A stretch of 64,000 nt of DNA. Origin: Snowella sp. (lineage in GTDB: Bacteria; Cyanobacteriota; Cyanobacteriia; Cyanobacteriales; Microcystaceae). Positions 59,692 through 64,000 of the stretch are shown one piece after another; the first letter of the stretch is position 1, and each line of letters begins with the position of its first letter. The notes beneath the pieces are model-generated. The model saw only the letters and a list, made by a program, of their open reading frames with translations. It was not told the DNA's origin and searched no databases. The stretch lies in assembly GCA_035285545.1 (NCBI GenBank), contig JAYKGY010000150.1, positions 1 through 64,000 of the forward strand. The letters are read 5' to 3'. The position numbers were made by a program, and so were the translations under genes.

Positions 59692-60791
59692 GCAGGATGG
59701 TAGAAAAAAGCAACGCCTAAGATGGTATAGGTTGCTAATAGCAGCGTTCCATCTAACCAGTTAGAGCGACCACTAAAACTAATCAAATTCGTTACTGTTA
59801 CTGAGACTGCTAACGCAACGACTTCAAAAGGATTGAAATTCAGATCCATGTCTTGGTTTAGCATGATTCCTGCAAAGACCAGTAACGGCGCGACAAATAG
59901 GGAAATTAACAAACTATCCCCTGTTGCGGTGGCCATGACTAAATCCATTTTGTCCTTTGAGGCTAATTGAATAACGGTGACGATACCTGACACATCGCTG
60001 ATCAAGGGTAAAAAAATGACCCCCGTAAACAGCGGTGTTAATCCATAGCCATCAGTTACTAAATCCACGACATCCACAAACAGTTCCGATTCAAAGGCAA
60101 CAGCAACGGTCGCAGCAATTAAAATTCCCATCCAAATCCATAAATAATAAGGATTTTCATCGGCTTCTTTATCCTCATCTGATGTTGGTTCAGGTTTAAT
60201 GGCAACACTGACATCGTAAAGATAACTATGAGTCTTCAAAGAAAATAGCAAAGTCAATCCATAGACAATGATCAAAACCGTTGCCACCACGAGTGATAAT
60301 TGTTTAATCACCGCCCCATCAATCATATTTGAGGTATTAATCACCAAGGTCGGTAAGGCGATCGCGATGACAGCGAGGGTCATAGAAAGGCCATTTACTC
60401 TGGCTAAAATTGGTTGAAATTCCTGCTCCTTGTAACGAATTCCGCCAGTAAACATCGCCAGCCCTAAACACAGCAGTAAATCACTAAGAATACTACCTGT
60501 AATACTCGCTTTGACGATATCAACTAAGCCTTCGCGTAGAGCGATTAGGGTAATAATTAAAACGGTCGCGCTACCGAATACTGCATTAATTAAGCCCCCT
60601 AAGGATGGCCCTGTTACGACTGCGACTTTTTCTGTTGCTGTACTTAAAATAATGGATAGGGGAATGATGGCTAAGGCTGAAAAAGCAAAAATACTGGTTT
60701 CTGACCACTGCGATCGCGCAGCCACGAAGGAAAGCGGAATAAAAATTAATAATAAAAGAAGAATAAAATATTTAAGTTTAAATTTAAACAT
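59688..60791 (-). CDS. cax: Ca2+/H+ antiporter (CAX/ChaA family)
   Basis: GPSLGGLINAVFG, ASITGSILS, FSLKTH, GRSNWLDG. Confidence 0.9.
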   Translation of the reverse strand: MFKFKLKYFILLLLLIFIPLSFVAARSQWSETSIFAFSALAIIPLSIILSTATEKVAVVTGPSLGGLINAVFGSATVLIITLIALREGLVDIVKASITGSILSDLLLCLGLAMFTGGIRYKEQEFQPILARVNGLSMTLAVIAIALPTLVINTSNMIDGAVIKQLSLVVATVLIIVYGLTLLFSLKTHSYLYDVSVAIKPEPTSDEDKEADENPYYLWIWMGILIAATVAVAFESELFVDVVDLVTDGYGLTPLFTGVIFLPLISDVSGIVTVIQLASKDKMDLVMATATGDSLLISLFVAPLLVFAGIMLNQDMDLNFNPFEVVALAVSVTVTNLISFSGRSNWLDGTLLLATYTILGVAFFYHPA

Positions 60792-60823
60792 TGAATAATA
60801 ATATTTTTATGTTTCTATTTTTT

Positions 60824-60914
60824 GTAAGGACATAATATATTATGTCCCTACCCTGTATAGAATTTAGCCGCTAAGTTTTTATATTATCCAAGAGCGAACG
60901 CAATTCGCCCCTAC
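60824..60914. repeat. Two GTAG-type REP-like palindromes
   Basis: GTAAGGACATAATATATTATGTCCCTAC (near-perfect palindrome) and reverse-complement GTAGGGGCGAATTGCGTTCGCTCT. Confidence 0.65.
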
Positions 60915-60943
60915 ATTATTGATGATTTAAATCATTCATAAAA

Positions 60944-61258
60944 CTATTGCATTTCACCAATATAAGCTTTACGGGTTTTACGGTTAAATAAACAGAGGAC
61001 TTGGGTTTCTTTATTTTTCATGTGGGCTTGAGGATAACGACCTTTAATAATCAATCCGTCATAGCCGACATTATCGCCAAATAAAATACTTTTTCCTACA
61101 GGTTTAGCTTCTTTTAGTTCGCTGGCTTGAGTACATTTTTTAATCACTTCCTGATTATGTTTTTCCCAAGCTTGAGGGGATGAGGCTTCCGCTTTAAAAG
61201 CAACACTCTGTAATCCCAATAAAATCAACGAACCTGATAAAATAAGTGATTTGAACAT
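60944..61258 (-). CDS. Small secreted hypothetical protein with two Cys
   Basis: Signal peptide ending AEA|SS; GRYPQAHM...LCLFNRKT. Confidence 0.75.
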   Translation of the reverse strand: MFKSLILSGSLILLGLQSVAFKAEASSPQAWEKHNQEVIKKCTQASELKEAKPVGKSILFGDNVGYDGLIIKGRYPQAHMKNKETQVLCLFNRKTRKAYIGEMQ

Positions 61259-61343
61259 GTTTAATTAGCAACCAATTTCTCGATTTAACAGCCTTAAAAA
61301 CCAGTGTTTTCAAGAATTTATCCTCAATAAGCCCCATCATAGT

Positions 61344-61844
61344 ATGAATTTACCCGTTAATCAGCCCGCTCTGACTCATTTAAATGCTCAAGGGGAAGCC
61401 CACATGGTTGATGTTTCCGAAAAAGCAGCAACTCGACGGGAAGCGATCGCGGTGGGTGAAATCAAAATGTCACTAACCACCTTAAAAGTTATTGAGACAG
61501 GCAATGCACCCAAAGGGGATGTCTTAGGAACGGCTAGGTTAGCGGGCATTATGGGAGCTAAACAAACCGCTCAATTAATTCCCCTCTGTCATCCCTTGCC
61601 ATTGCACAAAATTAGTGTTGAGTTACAAGCTGATGAAGATTTACCAGGCTATCGCATTCAAGCAACCGTAAGCACTAAGGCAGAAACGGGGGTCGAAATG
61701 GAGGCATTAACTGCTGTTTCCGTTGCGGCTTTAACCCTTTACGACATGGCTAAAGGCTTAGAAAAATCCATGCAAATTACTAATATCCATTTAACCAGCA
61801 AAATAGGAGGCAAATCAGGAGATTATCGGGTTAATAATAGTTAA
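61344..61844 (+). CDS. moaC: Cyclic pyranopterin monophosphate synthase
   Basis: LTHL...[34 protein letters not shown]. Confidence 0.97.
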   Translation: MNLPVNQPALTHLNAQGEAHMVDVSEKAATRREAIAVGEIKMSLTTLKVIETGNAPKGDVLGTARLAGIMGAKQTAQLIPLCHPLPLHKISVELQADEDLPGYRIQATVSTKAETGVEMEALTAVSVAALTLYDMAKGLEKSMQITNIHLTSKIGGKSGDYRVNNS

Positions 61845-62009
61845 GGCTGAATTAAAATGAAGCTTACAGTTAATTTTGTCAATATCCTAATCCTTAAATC
61901 CCGAAATACAGGGAAAGCTGATGGCAGTGAAAGTCGCATAACCAGATTTAAATAGAGAAAGGCTTGGGATAATCTTCTACCTTGACTCTAAACCCAACCC
62001 ATTCTTTCG

Positions 62010-63113
62010 ATGATCACCATTTATACTCAGATCCCATCAGGACAACAGTGGTTGGCTCAATATCGATCGCGTCGTCCCCTTTTTGCCTGTTTATTAGGCT
62101 TCACGGAAACCGGATTAATTCCGGGCATTTCAGCAGCCGGTAAAACCCCAAAGGATCGTCAATATACCGCGATCGCCGATGCCGAATTTTTAGTCAATGG
62201 CTGCACCCCCAGCCCTCGCTATGCCTTACCCCCTCTAAGCGTTGGCGTTTCTCCTGTCTTTATTACCCGTGCCGTTTTAGAGACTCTCGATATCCCTATC
62301 TATTTATTTAATAGCGGATTACCCATTCCTCCGGCTGTTCCTATCATTGATCTAGAAGGACAACCGGCTGCTTGCCTCACCACAGGAAATGCCTTGCCCC
62401 TAAGCGTTGTGCATCATTTATTTGAGCAGGGATTAATCTGGGGAAAAAAACTAGCGCAAAACTGTTCTGACGGTTATTTAATCGTGAGTGAATGTGTAGT
62501 CGGTGGAACCACAACCGCTTTAGCTCTTTTAACGGCGTTAGGGTTCGATGCTTTCGGCAAAGTTAACAGCAGCCATCCTGAATGTAATCATCAACAAAAA
62601 GCGAAATTAGTAACCCAAGGCTTAAAATCAGCTAATTTATTAACTTCTGATCCATTTCAATGTGTGGCCACCGTTGGAGATCCGATGCAAATCACCGCAG
62701 CCGGAATGGCGATCGCTGCCAGTCAATCTGTTGGTGTGATGTTAGCGGGGGGAACCCAAATGTTAGCGGTTCATGCCCTCATCCAAGCAATTTTAAAAAC
62801 GGGCCTATATCCAGCAAATTTAAACCAAATAGTTGTAGGAACCACCCGTTGGGTCGCAGAAGATCGGACAGGGGATACGGTCGGATTAGCTGAACTCATT
62901 GCGCCGGTATCTCTTATAGGTACGTCATTAAGTTTTCACGATTCCCGCTATCCCCCACTTCAGGTGTATGAACAGGGCTTCGTAAAAGAAGGGGTAGGAG
63001 CCGGAGCCAGCGCGATCGCAGCAACTCTTTATCAAAATTGGCAACAGCATGATTTATTAACTAATATTGAGTATTTGTTAGATCGGTATATAGCCCTCAA
63101 GCAGACAGCCTAG
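62010..63113 (+). CDS. cobT: Nicotinate-nucleotide-dependent phosphoribosyltransferase CobT (UPF0284 type)
   Basis: IPGISAAG, ECVVGGTTTA, LAGGTQM, GTTRWV, GFVKEGVGAG. Confidence 0.88.
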   Translation: MITIYTQIPSGQQWLAQYRSRRPLFACLLGFTETGLIPGISAAGKTPKDRQYTAIADAEFLVNGCTPSPRYALPPLSVGVSPVFITRAVLETLDIPIYLFNSGLPIPPAVPIIDLEGQPAACLTTGNALPLSVVHHLFEQGLIWGKKLAQNCSDGYLIVSECVVGGTTTALALLTALGFDAFGKVNSSHPECNHQQKAKLVTQGLKSANLLTSDPFQCVATVGDPMQITAAGMAIAASQSVGVMLAGGTQMLAVHALIQAILKTGLYPANLNQIVVGTTRWVAEDRTGDTVGLAELIAPVSLIGTSLSFHDSRYPPLQVYEQGFVKEGVGAGASAIAATLYQNWQQHDLLTNIEYLLDRYIALKQTA

Positions 63114-63117
63114 CAAA

Positions 63118-64000
63118 ATGACATTAATTATTGCAGGAGAACGGAGCGGAGTCGGAAAAACGACCATTACCTTAGCATTACTAGCTTATTTAGTCCAAAA
63201 AGGAGCAACCGTTCAATCCTATAAAGTGGGCCCGGATTATATTGATCCAATGTTTCATACGGCGGTGACAGGTCGCCCTTGTCGGAATTTAGACCCGGTT
63301 TTGACCTCAGAAGCCTATGTAAAGACCTGTTATGCCCGTCACTGTCAAACAGCGGAGTATGGTTTGATTGAAGGGGTTATGGGATTATTTGATGGTATTT
63401 TTTTAAATAATTGCCCTAATTTTGCCTCGACTGCCCATATTGCTCGCCTTTTAAAGCTTCCTGTTCTTTTAGTCATTGATTGTGCCCGCTTATCGGGTTC
63501 GGTTGCCGCGATCGCCGCAGGATATCGAGATCTTGATCCAGCCGTTTCTATTGCGGGCATCATTTTAAATCGCGTAGGGAGCGATCGCCACTTAACCCTG
63601 CTCCAACAGGCCCTAGAACCCTTAAATCTGCCCATCTTAGGGGTTTTATCTCGTCAAGACAACTTAACGATTCCCGATCGCCATCTAGGGTTAGTCCCGA
63701 CCGATGAATTGCCCCACTTAACCGAATTATTCCAACGACTAGCGGCTTTAGCAGAACGCGCGTTTGATTGGGAAAAACTATTGCCTTTACTAGCAATTAA
63801 ACCGATTTTTCCTCAACCCGAAACGCCAAAACCGATTATTGGTCATCCTCGTATTGCTGTTGCCCGCGATCGCGCCTTTAATTTTTACTATCAGGATAAT
63901 TTGGATCTATTCACCACCTACGGAGCCGAATTGGTTTACTGGAGTCCATTGGCCGATGCTCATTTACCCCCCAACATTCAAGGTTTATACATCGGAGGAG
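63118..64000 (+). CDS. cobB: Cobyrinate a,c-diamide synthase, partial (runs off the right edge)
   Basis: Hand translation MTLIIAGERSGVGKTT..., KVGPDYIDPMFH, EGVMGLFDG, RHLGL, DRAFNFYYQDNL. Confidence 0.95.
   Translation, partial: MTLIIAGERSGVGKTTITLALLAYLVQKGATVQSYKVGPDYIDPMFHTAVTGRPCRNLDPVLTSEAYVKTCYARHCQTAEYGLIEGVMGLFDGIFLNNCPNFASTAHIARLLKLPVLLVIDCARLSGSVAAIAAGYRDLDPAVSIAGIILNRVGSDRHLTLLQQALEPLNLPILGVLSRQDNLTIPDRHLGLVPTDELPHLTELFQRLAALAERAFDWEKLLPLLAIKPIFPQPETPKPIIGHPRIAVARDRAFNFYYQDNLDLFTTYGAELVYWSPLADAHLPPNIQGLYIGG

Noticed and set aside
61845..62009. Possible cobalamin riboswitch before cobT-cobB (contains AGGGAA)
   Set aside because: I could not find the B12-box or the conserved GCCCCCGC/ACTGT elements; an Rfam scan would settle it.

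Overview
Chromosomal window from a unicellular cyanobacterium, probably a Synechocystis/Snowella-like member of the Chroococcales. The HIP1 octamer GCGATCGC is abundant, and ndhL, cpcF, chlL/chlN, CAB-domain hemH and CBS-CP12 are present. Most of the window is housekeeping: rplU-rpmA, pheT, spkB, NDH-2, thrB, dusA, a PPIase-HlyB-HlyD type I secretion module, nhaS3, upp, mrp, prs, bioD, mazG, moaC, cobT and a partial cobB. Three small accessory patches stand out. (1) 1-3416: an IS630-like end appears to have cut off the start of an HTH/NB-ARC/TPR STAND gene, followed by a decaying array of toxin-antitoxin cassettes (broken DUF4258, several DUF2283, orphan HicB). (2) 51435-53413: an AT-rich insertion between chlL and chlN carrying two translationally coupled DUF4365-like PD-(D/E)XK proteins and a membrane protein. 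(3) 55225-56055, the best candidate for an undescribed system: a stand-alone, signal-peptide-bearing protein with Tse6/Tne/TNT-type NAD(P)+ glycohydrolase motifs, followed directly by a Tsi6-like immunity gene. Also seen: a probable type-2 McdAB carboxysome-positioning pair, two short genes missed by the ORF track (DUF2256 and a 40-aa membrane peptide), GTAG-type REP-like palindromes and heptamer tandem repeats. No rRNA, tRNA or CRISPR array was recognised. All family assignments come from recognising motifs by eye, not from database searches.
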